DNA of 64,000 nucleotides from Bacillota bacterium. Its GTDB lineage: Bacteria; Bacillota; Clostridia; Acetivibrionales; DTU013. The DNA lies in contig JAEZMD010000007.1 in the NCBI GenBank assembly GCA_023435745.1, positions 106,738 to 170,737 on the forward strand, given 5' to 3'. The notes under the pieces are model-generated. The model made no database searches and was not told the origin of the DNA. It saw only the letters and a list, made by a program, of their open reading frames with translations. Positions within the stretch are counted from its first letter, which is position 1; the number at the start of each line of letters is the position of its first letter. The translations under genes and the position numbers were made by a program. Shown here piece after piece: positions 20,804 to 29,661 of this stretch.

Positions 20804-21511
20804 TCAGACAATGACCGGCGGAAACAACCAATTGATAATGAAATTATTTTCATAAAATCCTCTGGCAAAAAGAGAGGTCCCAAGACCGTCAAAAATTGGC
20901 TCAAATCCCGGATTTGAGTTGAACAGTACTAATATGGCGCATAATATATAAATCGCAAGGAACCCCTGCAGCGCTCCAAGGATAAAACCGCCGAGCTTGT
21001 TCACCTGCTTGAAGACCGGTAATTCAGATATGCCCTTTAGCAGAAGTCCTACAAACGCAAGTATGACTCTCAATACTATGTACAGTACGATTAAACTCAA
21101 TACTGACACAATCATCTTTGCAAGTTCGTCTCCTATGGCATTGACGATCCCCTCAGTATTGATCAGTTCGGAAGCCGACGGCAGTTTCCCCAGCAGGGAC
21201 TTCCGGAAGAACTCGGGCAGCGGCAATGTTCCGAGCACGGTTTCCGCTCCGGCAGCTCCGGATACAGCCTCGGATGAAGCAAAAGCCTCTTTCCCGATCA
21301 GCGGCAGGTTCTTTACGATCGTGTTTTTAATCCAGTCGTACACAGATGTTTTGCTGATAATTTGAGCAACCGCCGGAGAAAACTTAATTGATGCAAAAAT
21401 ACATACAACAAAGGCTACTAATTTGTAAATTGACATGATAAATCCCTTGAACAGTCCGACAATGGCAAATGCGGCAATCAAACCGATAACAATAAAATCA
21501 ATCCAGTTCAT
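20804..21511 (-). CDS. cvpA: CvpA-family membrane protein
   Basis: 235 aa; MNWIDFIVIGLIAAFAIVGLFKGFI... followed by several TM helices. Confidence 0.8.
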   Translation of the reverse strand: MNWIDFIVIGLIAAFAIVGLFKGFIMSIYKLVAFVVCIFASIKFSPAVAQIISKTSVYDWIKNTIVKNLPLIGKEAFASSEAVSGAAGAETVLGTLPLPEFFRKSLLGKLPSASELINTEGIVNAIGDELAKMIVSVLSLIVLYIVLRVILAFVGLLLKGISELPVFKQVNKLGGFILGALQGFLAIYILCAILVLFNSNPGFEPIFDGLGTSLFARGFYENNFIINWLFPPVIV

Positions 21512-21565
21512 ACATCCTCCCCGCCACCGGTAATTACCGGCTCCATTTATTTATCATAAATAGTT

Positions 21566-22774
21566 TTAATTTATATTAACAACCGCTACTTGACGATCAG
21601 TCACAACAGCAGCCTGATTTTTGTCAAAGAAACATACCTGTCTGATGGGAGTCCCTGTAGAATATTTACTGATGGTCCTGCCTTTACTGTTATAAAAATA
21701 TGCTGTGTCGGAGGTGTTCACGCAAACAACTCCTCTGATAGCGCTGAGTCCTTCCGGTTTACTTCTCAGTACGCACGAAGCCAGCTCCTGCCCGTCCGTC
21801 TGATAGATCTTCATCATAGAGCCTTCCTCGCTCTCCGCTGCTACGGCAAACTGTCCGTTTCCTGCAGGAGAAGCGCCTGCAACACTCAGGAACTGTTTTT
21901 CCCAAACCACAGTACCCGACGGGTCGATTGAAGCGACTGCCCTGTCGCCTACGGCAAATATACTGCCATTATTATTATACGAGAATATTGGAAGCAATTC
22001 CGCCGAAGCCTGAAAGGACAACTCCGCTAAATTATCGCCCTTCATATCATAAAACTTATAGACTGAATATGCTCCAACAGCTCCCGTACTTATCGCGGAC
22101 AATATGAAGCTTTCTTCCGACGGAGATATATTCGCACTGACCGCAAAATCGCTTGCGATCACCTTGCGAAAAAGCTCAACACCATGTGCTTCAAAAACTC
22201 TGACTTCATTGTTGTCCCTTTTTGCCGTAGTAATAACTGTCACATAGCCATCCTCGCTGATATCGGCATTTAGGATGGACTCATCGATTTTTTCACGCCA
22301 TTGTATGGATCCGCTATTAAGAACCGCCAGATCTCCGGTTCCCTGATCAGCCGCCAGGATCAGTGAGCCGTTCGTTTTAATAATAGGATTGTTGTAAATC
22401 AGGCCTTCCGATCGGATGACCTCCCCGGTTTTATCGAGAAACCAGATCCCGCTGCCGCCGCATTTGACTATATAATCCTTATAGACTATAAACTCCGGCT
22501 TTTCTCTGGCGTCAAATTCATATATGTATTGAGTCTGAGCCTCTTTAATCTCGCCGGCGTCCGAAGCTTGAAACAGCCTGAGCAGATCCTCCGGGCCTGC
22601 GGAAGGATCCAGACTTCTCTGCCAGGTAAAAAAAGCTACCGACACAACGCACAGAAACAGCAGCAGTGCTGCCGCGATACTTCCCGCATGCCCCTCGGCT
22701 CCTGATTCTTTCTGTCCTGGCCGTGTCTTCAAAAGGTCCACCCCTGTTTCATCTTTTGCAAATTCTCCAAACAA
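21566..22774 (-). CDS. Membrane-anchored hypothetical protein with repeated beta-strand (propeller-like) ectodomain
   Basis: 402 aa with a single N-terminal TM (IAAALLLFLCVVSVAFF). I recognise no catalytic motif. The start is uncertain: TTG at 22774 without a clear RBS. Confidence 0.6.
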   Translation of the reverse strand: MFGEFAKDETGVDLLKTRPGQKESGAEGHAGSIAAALLLFLCVVSVAFFTWQRSLDPSAGPEDLLRLFQASDAGEIKEAQTQYIYEFDAREKPEFIVYKDYIVKCGGSGIWFLDKTGEVIRSEGLIYNNPIIKTNGSLILAADQGTGDLAVLNSGSIQWREKIDESILNADISEDGYVTVITTAKRDNNEVRVFEAHGVELFRKVIASDFAVSANISPSEESFILSAISTGAVGAYSVYKFYDMKGDNLAELSFQASAELLPIFSYNNNGSIFAVGDRAVASIDPSGTVVWEKQFLSVAGASPAGNGQFAVAAESEEGSMMKIYQTDGQELASCVLRSKPEGLSAIRGVVCVNTSDTAYFYNSKGRTISKYSTGTPIRQVCFFDKNQAAVVTDRQVAVVNIN

Positions 22775-22795
22775 AAATTATTTTACCATAGAAAT

Positions 22796-23863
22796 CTATT
22801 TCCTGCCACCATGTCGGGTAAACAGCTTTACAACGCTCTGAGCCAGGATCACCAGGATCATAAACAGGCCCAGATAGCCAAATACAGGGTAGATTGCCGA
22901 TATCAGCCTGGAGAATCCCAGTGTTGATAAGGGAACTGCAGCAATGCACAAAACAATCGTCACAACCCTCATGTCGATCTTCATTGTCATACTGATCCTT
23001 TCTGTAAAGCAAAAACCGGAAGTAACTGCCGAGGTCATCATTGCAAGCCAGAGGATAATTGAATAAAATCCTCCCGCCGGACTGTCAAAGCTTTTGAGGA
23101 TTGCCAGTATGGGAAGCTCATTTTCAAATGCCAAAGAATAAAACAGATTGATGGCGGCATGGATGACAAGAGCCGCTAAACAGAGCAGGGCCCCGCCTGC
23201 AATCCCTCCGGCCGCAGCCGTCCTCCGGGTTTTCAGATAGGGCAGAAGACTGCACATGATGACTATTGCCAAAATGCTGTTATAGCTTACATAAAGCAAT
23301 GATGAAAAAAACCAGTTATCAGATATACGCTGGAAATATCCGACGGCCTGAAATGTTTCGGCGGCACCGGTAAAAATGATGGAGAAGCCGGCCAGAATGA
23401 TCCCTGCGATAAGAAAAGGCGTAACAATCGTGCTGAGCGTGACGATTCCCTTGATATTTGTCATGATCAGCGCGGTGCATATCACACCCGTCAGCAGCGC
23501 CGCAAATTTAAAAGGTATCCCCAGCCTGTCAGACACCACGCTGCCTGAACCTGCTGTCATGATACAGAATATGCAAAGCATAAAAATGGTCACCGCGATG
23601 TCAATAAACCATCCCATCCGCCAGCCGAATACGGGAAAAAGAAATTCCTCGAAATTTCTAATGCGTTCATTACAGACCTTCACAAGCACTACACTGCCCG
23701 TAATGGCAAATAGGGCCCCCGCCAGCACGATCCCGTAAAATCCGCCGCTCCTGTAGACAGAAAAAAACTGCATGATTTCCTGTCCCGACGCAAAGCCTGC
23801 TCCAATAATGCTGGTCGCATAGATGCAGGCAACCTTAATGATATTTTTAACCTCTTCTGACAT
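22796..23863 (-). CDS. YkvI-family polytopic membrane protein (putative transporter)
   Basis: MSEEVKNIIKVACIYATSIIGAGFASGQEIMQFF is typical of YkvI. The ATG at 23863 is preferred. Confidence 0.75.
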   Translation of the reverse strand: MSEEVKNIIKVACIYATSIIGAGFASGQEIMQFFSVYRSGGFYGIVLAGALFAITGSVVLVKVCNERIRNFEEFLFPVFGWRMGWFIDIAVTIFMLCIFCIMTAGSGSVVSDRLGIPFKFAALLTGVICTALIMTNIKGIVTLSTIVTPFLIAGIILAGFSIIFTGAAETFQAVGYFQRISDNWFFSSLLYVSYNSILAIVIMCSLLPYLKTRRTAAAGGIAGGALLCLAALVIHAAINLFYSLAFENELPILAILKSFDSPAGGFYSIILWLAMMTSAVTSGFCFTERISMTMKIDMRVVTIVLCIAAVPLSTLGFSRLISAIYPVFGYLGLFMILVILAQSVVKLFTRHGGRK

Positions 23864-23956
23864 AAAAGCAACTCCAACGATAGAATAAGAATAGTTCATT
23901 CTATGTCGGAGTTGCTATTTACAGTACTGAAGCCGTGCACCAAGGCATGACAGATT

Positions 23957-25363
23957 TTATTTACTCTGAGCGGCAAGGAAGTCCATCATGGTATTATAAG
24001 CTTCCTTCATGCCCTTTATGCCAAACTCCCCTTTGTTTTTACTCACCAGTATGCCTGCATATTCCCCGTTACGGACCACATAATAATAGTTTTCATCCTT
24101 GGGGATATATTCGACTTTCATAGAACCGGTTTTCAACTTATAATCGATGGTTATTTCTGCCTCTTTTACAGGAATACCTTCAACGTCGATTTCATCGAGG
24201 CTGATGCCTATAAGCGCCTGGTAGAACTTCCTGAACGGCTGGTCATCCTTTTCATCTTTACCGCTTGCGTCGATACCGTTTACGGTGAACTTATCCTTGT
24301 CGTTATCCGTTTTTCCATCCGCATCCTTGTAAACATCAAGCGTCATGTGGGTCGTTTTGCCGTCCATGGTCAGGTCGATCTGCAGCACCTGATCGATATT
24401 GACGATATACGCAAATACATCAACGATCTCCTTCAGAGGCTTGTCAAGGAAGGTGTATGCAGTTATGTCCATCGTAAGCACTTCATTGCTTCCATCGAGC
24501 TGAGCATATATCTGCGAGCCTTTTACCTTTTCCTCGCCCATTTTGAGCTTATACGTTTTGCCCGCTGCAGTAAAGTCAAATACATACCTCGGAGCGTCCA
24601 ACCCATACTGAACCAGATCTGCCGGGTTATCCTCAATGAACTCTGTGACAGTTGAATTAACCAACGCTTCCATCATTGGGGTCAGCGCTGAGGAATTCAT
24701 ACTTCCTTTAATCGGCTTTACCATGGACCAGTTTGCACTGCTTCCGGCTCCCTTTTCCGACGCAAATATGTTCTCGCCTCTTCTGTCCATAGCCAATGCG
24801 GTCATATCCTCGGAGGTAAATTCAAACATTTTCTTCGAGCGCATACCGTTGCGGGTAGTGACCAGATATTTCCCGGTGTAGGAGCTGACTATATAAACAT
24901 CGTTCTTACCGGCTTCTTTTATATAATATCCGCCCTTTGTGGGAGTCATGTCACCGACCTCCAGCACCGTCTCCTTGCCGTCAGTGTCCTTCAGCTTGAC
25001 AGTGACCGCATTATCAAGTCCATATATCGTCAGATCCTGCGCATTCTCTTCAATCACCTTGTCACAAACGATTGATGATGCATTGATCACAATAGATTTC
25101 AACACGGAAGAATCATATTTCAGATCGGCCGGTGAGGACAGAACCCACTCCGTATCCTTTTTCACAATGACAAAGGTACCTTCAGGATTGATCAGTGTCA
25201 GTGATTCAATCTTATCCGTTGTGTAGTCCGTTAGCCGGACATAGTCATCAGAAGGATCATCCGTCCCATCGTCAGCCGGTTTGATATTGCTTATCACAAA
25301 ATATGCACCAACAAGAAGCGCAACTATCGCTAGAAGAATAATTGCATTCCTGTACAATTTCAT
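23957..25363 (-). CDS. DUF4340-like secreted/anchored protein
   Basis: 468 aa with an N-terminal TM. Its start overlaps the upstream GldG-like stop by 4 nt; this is the usual partner of GldG-type ABC systems. Confidence 0.7.
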   Translation of the reverse strand: MKLYRNAIILLAIVALLVGAYFVISNIKPADDGTDDPSDDYVRLTDYTTDKIESLTLINPEGTFVIVKKDTEWVLSSPADLKYDSSVLKSIVINASSIVCDKVIEENAQDLTIYGLDNAVTVKLKDTDGKETVLEVGDMTPTKGGYYIKEAGKNDVYIVSSYTGKYLVTTRNGMRSKKMFEFTSEDMTALAMDRRGENIFASEKGAGSSANWSMVKPIKGSMNSSALTPMMEALVNSTVTEFIEDNPADLVQYGLDAPRYVFDFTAAGKTYKLKMGEEKVKGSQIYAQLDGSNEVLTMDITAYTFLDKPLKEIVDVFAYIVNIDQVLQIDLTMDGKTTHMTLDVYKDADGKTDNDKDKFTVNGIDASGKDEKDDQPFRKFYQALIGISLDEIDVEGIPVKEAEITIDYKLKTGSMKVEYIPKDENYYYVVRNGEYAGILVSKNKGEFGIKGMKEAYNTMMDFLAAQSK

Positions 25364-26805
25364 AAGTGACGCCTCCTCAAAAACACAGCAAGACCGGTAC
25401 CGAGTATCAGCAGCGGGAATATGATAACAAGAGCTCCGCCTACTATAGTTGTCTGCTGTTGTGTAATTGTGATCGTGTTGTTTTCGTAATTCTTTGTCGG
25501 CACGATGATCTCATCCTTTTTGTCAATCATCCAATTCATGGATTGAAGGAAAAAAGCCATGCTGTTATTGTAGTAATCGCCAAATGCCTCATAGGCGCTG
25601 TCACTGATAAATGAAGCATTTCCCATGACAATGATCTTCGAAGGCTTCATTCCTCCTTCATACTCTACGGCCACAGCAATATCCAAAGGCCCCTTCAGAT
25701 CGTCTCCCCTCGACTTGCTAACCATTTCGCCGATCGCATCCTTGCTTGTTGACATCAGTGAAGTCGTTTTAACATATTCCTTTACATTCTTTAGAATATT
25801 GATGCTTCTTGAGTTGTTCAGCAGTGTTTTAAAGCTCTGAGGAATAATGCTGTTGGAGGATACATCCAATACCATGGTGCTTGGATCATTGGGTATGTGC
25901 CTGCTCTCATCCGTTTCCTTCACCTTGTCATAATTCAATGCCACATTGAACTTGCCGAACAAATTGTTAAACTGGTCAAAGGATGGGTCGCTGGCAAGGT
26001 AATCAAACATGAATATCGCCTTGCCTCCATTGGAGAGATACTCATCAAGCACTTCCTTTTCATTGACCGTAATATCCTTTTTAGGAGAAGCAATAATGAT
26101 CAGCGCAGCATCCTCAGGGATCTTATCTACTGATATCAGATTAAGCTTCTTCACAAGGAAGTTGTTCTTCTCCAGATAGTTTTTCACATTAGTGTATTCA
26201 GAATCCATCTCGATCTCATCATGATCCTCTGTGAAATATACCACAGGTGTGACCTCGGAGGATACATACTTTATGGCCCCAGTAAAGCCCTGCTCCGCGG
26301 TGGAACCCGTCACATAGGATTGGAAAGTACTCTGATCGAACTGAACTGCAAACAAATCATAATATTCCAGCTTCTTTTTCTTTTCATTGCCGTTTACAAT
26401 GCTCTTGACGATAAAGTCACTGCTGCCAAGATCCATTGTATCATCCGGATCCAGTTCCTTGATAATGCCGGGGTTCCTGTCAGGATCTATATAGCTGACC
26501 TTTATACGGGGATTTTTGCCATACAGGTTCAGCAGCTCCGTAACCTGCTTGTATTGAGGGTCACCGGAAACCTTGAGTTCATCAAACAACCCGATGATTT
26601 CCACATCCTTGTCCAGCTTCTCCAGTTCAGATTTTGTCACATCCGATAAAGAGAAAAGCTTGTTGGTGGTCAAGTCCAGCTTCAGTCCGGTCATTCCCAC
26701 AAGTATATTCACCAGTATTGCAATCGCCACAACTGCAACGATAAGGATGGCGGCATTCGAACCGTATTTTAAACTTCTTTTATTCAAAAATTTATTCTTT
26801 TCCAT
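25360..26805 (-). CDS. GldG-family ABC-transporter auxiliary protein
   Basis: 481 aa with N- and C-terminal TM anchors and a large ectodomain; downstream of an ABC-2 permease. Confidence 0.75.
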   Translation of the reverse strand: MEKNKFLNKRSLKYGSNAAILIVAVVAIAILVNILVGMTGLKLDLTTNKLFSLSDVTKSELEKLDKDVEIIGLFDELKVSGDPQYKQVTELLNLYGKNPRIKVSYIDPDRNPGIIKELDPDDTMDLGSSDFIVKSIVNGNEKKKKLEYYDLFAVQFDQSTFQSYVTGSTAEQGFTGAIKYVSSEVTPVVYFTEDHDEIEMDSEYTNVKNYLEKNNFLVKKLNLISVDKIPEDAALIIIASPKKDITVNEKEVLDEYLSNGGKAIFMFDYLASDPSFDQFNNLFGKFNVALNYDKVKETDESRHIPNDPSTMVLDVSSNSIIPQSFKTLLNNSRSINILKNVKEYVKTTSLMSTSKDAIGEMVSKSRGDDLKGPLDIAVAVEYEGGMKPSKIIVMGNASFISDSAYEAFGDYYNNSMAFFLQSMNWMIDKKDEIIVPTKNYENNTITITQQQTTIVGGALVIIFPLLILGTGLAVFLRRRHL

Positions 26806-26810
26806 CTATA

Positions 26811-27515
26811 TCACCCCTGACTCCAACGTCTTTTTTCTATTACCCTCACAGTGAGAAACAAAAATACTGCTATAAAACTCAGATAGTATACCACAGGACT
26901 CAAACCAAGAATGCCCTGGGTGAAATCCTCATATCTCGTCAGCAGAGAAAACCATCCAAGCACTTTAGAAGCAAATCCGCCGATCATGCTGGCCAGACTG
27001 TCAGACAACCACATAATGAGAAGCGAAACATAACTGATGATGACAGCAACCACCTGACTCTCTGTGAGAGAAGAGGCAAAAACTCCAACGGCAATGTATG
27101 TCATGCCAAGAAGTATAAAGCCAACATAGCCGCCAATCAAATCAACCGTAAAGGTCCCGCCAAAGGCTAATAGAACAATCGGGTAAATAAAAGACAAAAC
27201 AGTAATTACAGAAAATACAAAGCATGCTGCCAGATACTTGCCGGTCACAATTGACGTTATGCTGGCGGGAGAGGTGATCAGCAGCACCTCGGTGCCATTC
27301 TTTCTGTCCTCAGACAGGATTCTCATTGTTAATACCGGTACAATGAAGAGGAGTATAAAGCCCATATTGGACAGCCCGCTCGTAAATGACCCTGCTCCGT
27401 ATATCAGATTGGGAAGGAAAAATATCGATGTCAGAAGCATAAACAAGCCAATGAGAATATAGGCCATCGGTGAATAAAAATATGATTTGACTTCTTTCCA
27501 GAATATTGCCGCCAT
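26811..27515 (-). CDS. ABC-2-type transporter permease (GldF-like)
   Basis: 234 aa with six predicted TM segments. Confidence 0.85.
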   Translation of the reverse strand: MAAIFWKEVKSYFYSPMAYILIGLFMLLTSIFFLPNLIYGAGSFTSGLSNMGFILLFIVPVLTMRILSEDRKNGTEVLLITSPASITSIVTGKYLAACFVFSVITVLSFIYPIVLLAFGGTFTVDLIGGYVGFILLGMTYIAVGVFASSLTESQVVAVIISYVSLLIMWLSDSLASMIGGFASKVLGWFSLLTRYEDFTQGILGLSPVVYYLSFIAVFLFLTVRVIEKRRWSQG

Positions 27516-27518
27516 ACG

Positions 27519-28466
27519 TCAATCAACCTCCTTTTCCTGGGTAACGATCTGCAGGAATATATCTTCAAGGCTAAGATTAAGTCCTTTTAGTTCGAGAATG
27601 GGATAGCCCAGCTTTGCCATTGCATAGAACAGAGGCTTTCTGATATCGATTTCCTTATCGGACTCAACAATATAGCTGAATGCTTCCCTTTCTTTTTCAA
27701 CTCCTGCTTCAACATACTTCACACCGTAAATTTCCCTTATCGCACTTTCAACAGAGCTCTTCGGTCCGGCTACCGTCAACATAAGCTTGGTCGCGACGCC
27801 AAATCCTCTGGAAAGATTGTCAGGAGTATCTATTGCTGCAATTTCGCCGTTATTGATAATAACGACCCGTTCACAAACAGCACTTACCTCAGGAAGAATA
27901 TGTGAACTGAGAATGATCGTATGCTCTTTGCCCAATGCTTTGATCAGTTTGCGGATTTCGATGATTTGCTTGGGGTCCAGACCGACAGTCGGCTCGTCCA
28001 GTACAAGAACCTGCGGATTTCCGATCAGGGCTTGTGCAAGTCCTACCCTTTGTTTGTACCCTTTGGAAAGGTTTTTGATCAGCCTGTTCCTGTGGTCGCC
28101 GATTTTAACAAGCTCCATAATGTCGCTCAGCTGATTTTTCTTAAGTTTTTTATCCACCAGCTTCAGATCCGCTACAAAATTAAGATAGTCCTTCACTGTC
28201 ATGTCCATATAGACCGGTGGCTGTTCGGGAAGATACCCTGTAAGTTTTTTAACTTCCTTCGGAGACTCCATGATATCATATCCGTTTACCTTTACTGTCC
28301 CTTCACTGGAAGGGATATAACCGGTGATGATATTCATCGTTGTGGACTTGCCTGCTCCATTGGGACCGAGGAATCCGAGAACTTCACCTTTCTCCACAGT
28401 GAAATTCAGATTGTTTACAGCTTTTATCTGACCATATCTTTTGGTCAAATTCTGTATTTCTATCAT
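27519..28466 (-). CDS. ABC transporter ATP-binding protein (GldA-like)
   Basis: Walker A GPNGAGKST, signature LSKGYKQR, Walker B LVLDEPT. Confidence 0.95.
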   Translation of the reverse strand: MIEIQNLTKRYGQIKAVNNLNFTVEKGEVLGFLGPNGAGKSTTMNIITGYIPSSEGTVKVNGYDIMESPKEVKKLTGYLPEQPPVYMDMTVKDYLNFVADLKLVDKKLKKNQLSDIMELVKIGDHRNRLIKNLSKGYKQRVGLAQALIGNPQVLVLDEPTVGLDPKQIIEIRKLIKALGKEHTIILSSHILPEVSAVCERVVIINNGEIAAIDTPDNLSRGFGVATKLMLTVAGPKSSVESAIREIYGVKYVEAGVEKEREAFSYIVESDKEIDIRKPLFYAMAKLGYPILELKGLNLSLEDIFLQIVTQEKEVD

Positions 28467-28537
28467 CTTTTTCCCTCCTGCTTTTCATGTCAATCCGGCA
28501 TGTGATGCTACCACAATTATGAAAGATACATTTTAAT

Positions 28538-28553
28538 AAATTGTGAACAATTT
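28538..28553. promoter_or_regulatory. Palindrome AAATTGT-GA-ACAATTT inside the spacer of a TTTACA/TAAAAT promoter for the ABC operon
   Basis: 7-bp arms seen in the sequence. On the minus strand it is embedded in TTTACA-aattgttcacaatttat-TAAAAT. Confidence 0.4.
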
Positions 28554-28588
28554 GTAAAATAATCATTCATAACATGTTGGGATTACAG

Positions 28589-28620
28589 CCCAAAAAGCCT
28601 CAAAATATGACTTTTAAGGC
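28589..28620 (-). terminator. Intrinsic terminator ending the defence-gene/non-coding-tail transcript
   Basis: Minus strand reads GCCTTAAAA-GTCATA-TTTTGAGGC followed by TTTTTGGG. There is no U-tract in the plus orientation. Confidence 0.7.
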
Positions 28621-28699
28621 TCCACTAATTATATAGTTTTTTATTTTGCATTTCAAGTGGAATTTCTGAGCTTGCTTTTTACTTGCTTTTTTCTCTCTT

Positions 28700-28965
28700 G
28701 CTACCGATTTTGACCGCCCAAAATCGGCGAAAAGGCGCCACTCAAACGACGTGGTGTCTGCTAGGGCACTGAGGAAAAACTTCTATACACCGTGCGACGA
28801 AAAACTTGTGGGGCAGTCGGCGCTTATTCGCCATCTAGGTTGCATAGGCGAGCAGTGAAGCAGTGAAGCTTCACGACCAGCCCATGGACTCAGGCGCGCC
28901 TGAAATGTACATCGTGTACATTTCACTGCCTTCTTTTGTCTTTCCCCGGGTGTATCACGAAGCTT
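28700..28965 (-). ncRNA. Candidate structured non-coding RNA / structured 3' tail (family not recognised)
   Basis: GC-rich core in an ORF-free interval of about 530 nt. It has several perfect hairpins (28704-28727, 28902-28924), a 12-bp palindrome (28891-28902) and nested long-range complementarity (28780-28791 with 28949-28962; 28812-28817 with 28925-28930). The strand is inferred only from the downstream minus-strand terminator. Confidence 0.35.
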
Positions 28966-29121
28966 TTCCTAACACTTTTAAGTGTCTTAGTAGAGCTTCA
29001 TTCTAATATGCTTTTCGATTTCTTCTACTAGCTGATATACGGTAGTACAAGGAGCTCTATCAGCAGGCGAATTTATAGACTCTGATCTGCAAAATAATAG
29101 TCTTGCATTTCGCATTGCATT

Positions 29122-29661
29122 TTAAAGATTAACTTCAGTATTAAGCATAGCAAAATGGTCATCTGATTTATTATATTTGGCCCCAAAAATATCACTAAGT
29201 CTCTTATAATATTCATCTCTTGTGATATTGCTTTCCAATAAATTAAAATGAAGCAAAAACCATAGCTCAATACATTCATTAGACCAAATGGGAATATAGC
29301 CTTTTCGGGCTGCCATATATATTGCGTCGTTAAATTGTCTCTTCGTAAATGAATCTTTATCAAAAACTGCAAAAACCTTTCCGTATGGGATGTTCGTTTT
29401 CCGTTTCAATTCATCAACAAAAGAAAAATACTCATCAACAGAGGATACCAATGACTCAGTGTTCCATCCCGTCCCTTTAATTTCAGGCTTTATTTTCCTA
29501 TCAGACTTTGAATTAACATAATCAAACAAGCTATTAAAGTAATTTGGCTCGGTCTTTTTGCCTTCACAAACAATTAACCATGTCTCCGATCTCGTTTTTA
29601 ATTCCTTTGATTTTCTTTCACGCCGGGCCTTCCCGTATTTTCTAAATAAATCATCCCCCAT
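29122..29661 (-). CDS. RloB-like (Toprim-like) protein, partner of the AAA15 ATPase
   Basis: WLIVCEGKKTEPNYF (conserved Glu) and FAVFDKD (DxD) are typical of RloB/Toprim. The ATG at 29661 is preceded by GAGGAAAA and overlaps the ATPase stop by 11 nt. Confidence 0.8.
   Translation of the reverse strand: MGDDLFRKYGKARRERKSKELKTRSETWLIVCEGKKTEPNYFNSLFDYVNSKSDRKIKPEIKGTGWNTESLVSSVDEYFSFVDELKRKTNIPYGKVFAVFDKDSFTKRQFNDAIYMAARKGYIPIWSNECIELWFLLHFNLLESNITRDEYYKRLSDIFGAKYNKSDDHFAMLNTEVNL

Noticed and set aside
28670-28858. Open plus-strand frame of about 63 codons across the GC-rich block (…ATDFDRPKSAKRRHSNDVVSARALRKNFYTPCDEKLVGQSALIRHLGCIGEQ*), and short minus-strand frames of 30-46 codons
   Set aside because: The plus frame has no ATG/GTG/TTG start near its 5' end and no RBS, and it is antisense to all neighbours. 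The short minus frames lack RBSs and recognisable motifs. The dense nested hairpins favour RNA or DNA structure over coding. A decayed gene cannot be fully excluded without BLASTX.
28589-29121. Interpretation of the non-coding tail as a retron msr-msd, a type III antitoxin repeat array, tmRNA, RNase P, SRP, 6S, a T-box or a riboswitch
   Set aside because: No reverse transcriptase gene is nearby. There is no tandem array of 30-40-nt repeats, only one 8-nt duplication. I could not find the signature sequences of those families (for example GGUUCGAAUCC-like T-loops, GAGGAAAGUCC, the T-box AGGGUGGUACCGCG, or the B12 box). The family is left open rather than assigned.
29073-29372. 99-aa minus-strand ORF overlapping the RloB gene in another frame
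   Set aside because: It overlaps the motif-bearing RloB frame out of frame, has hydrophobic junk-like composition, and has no RBS.
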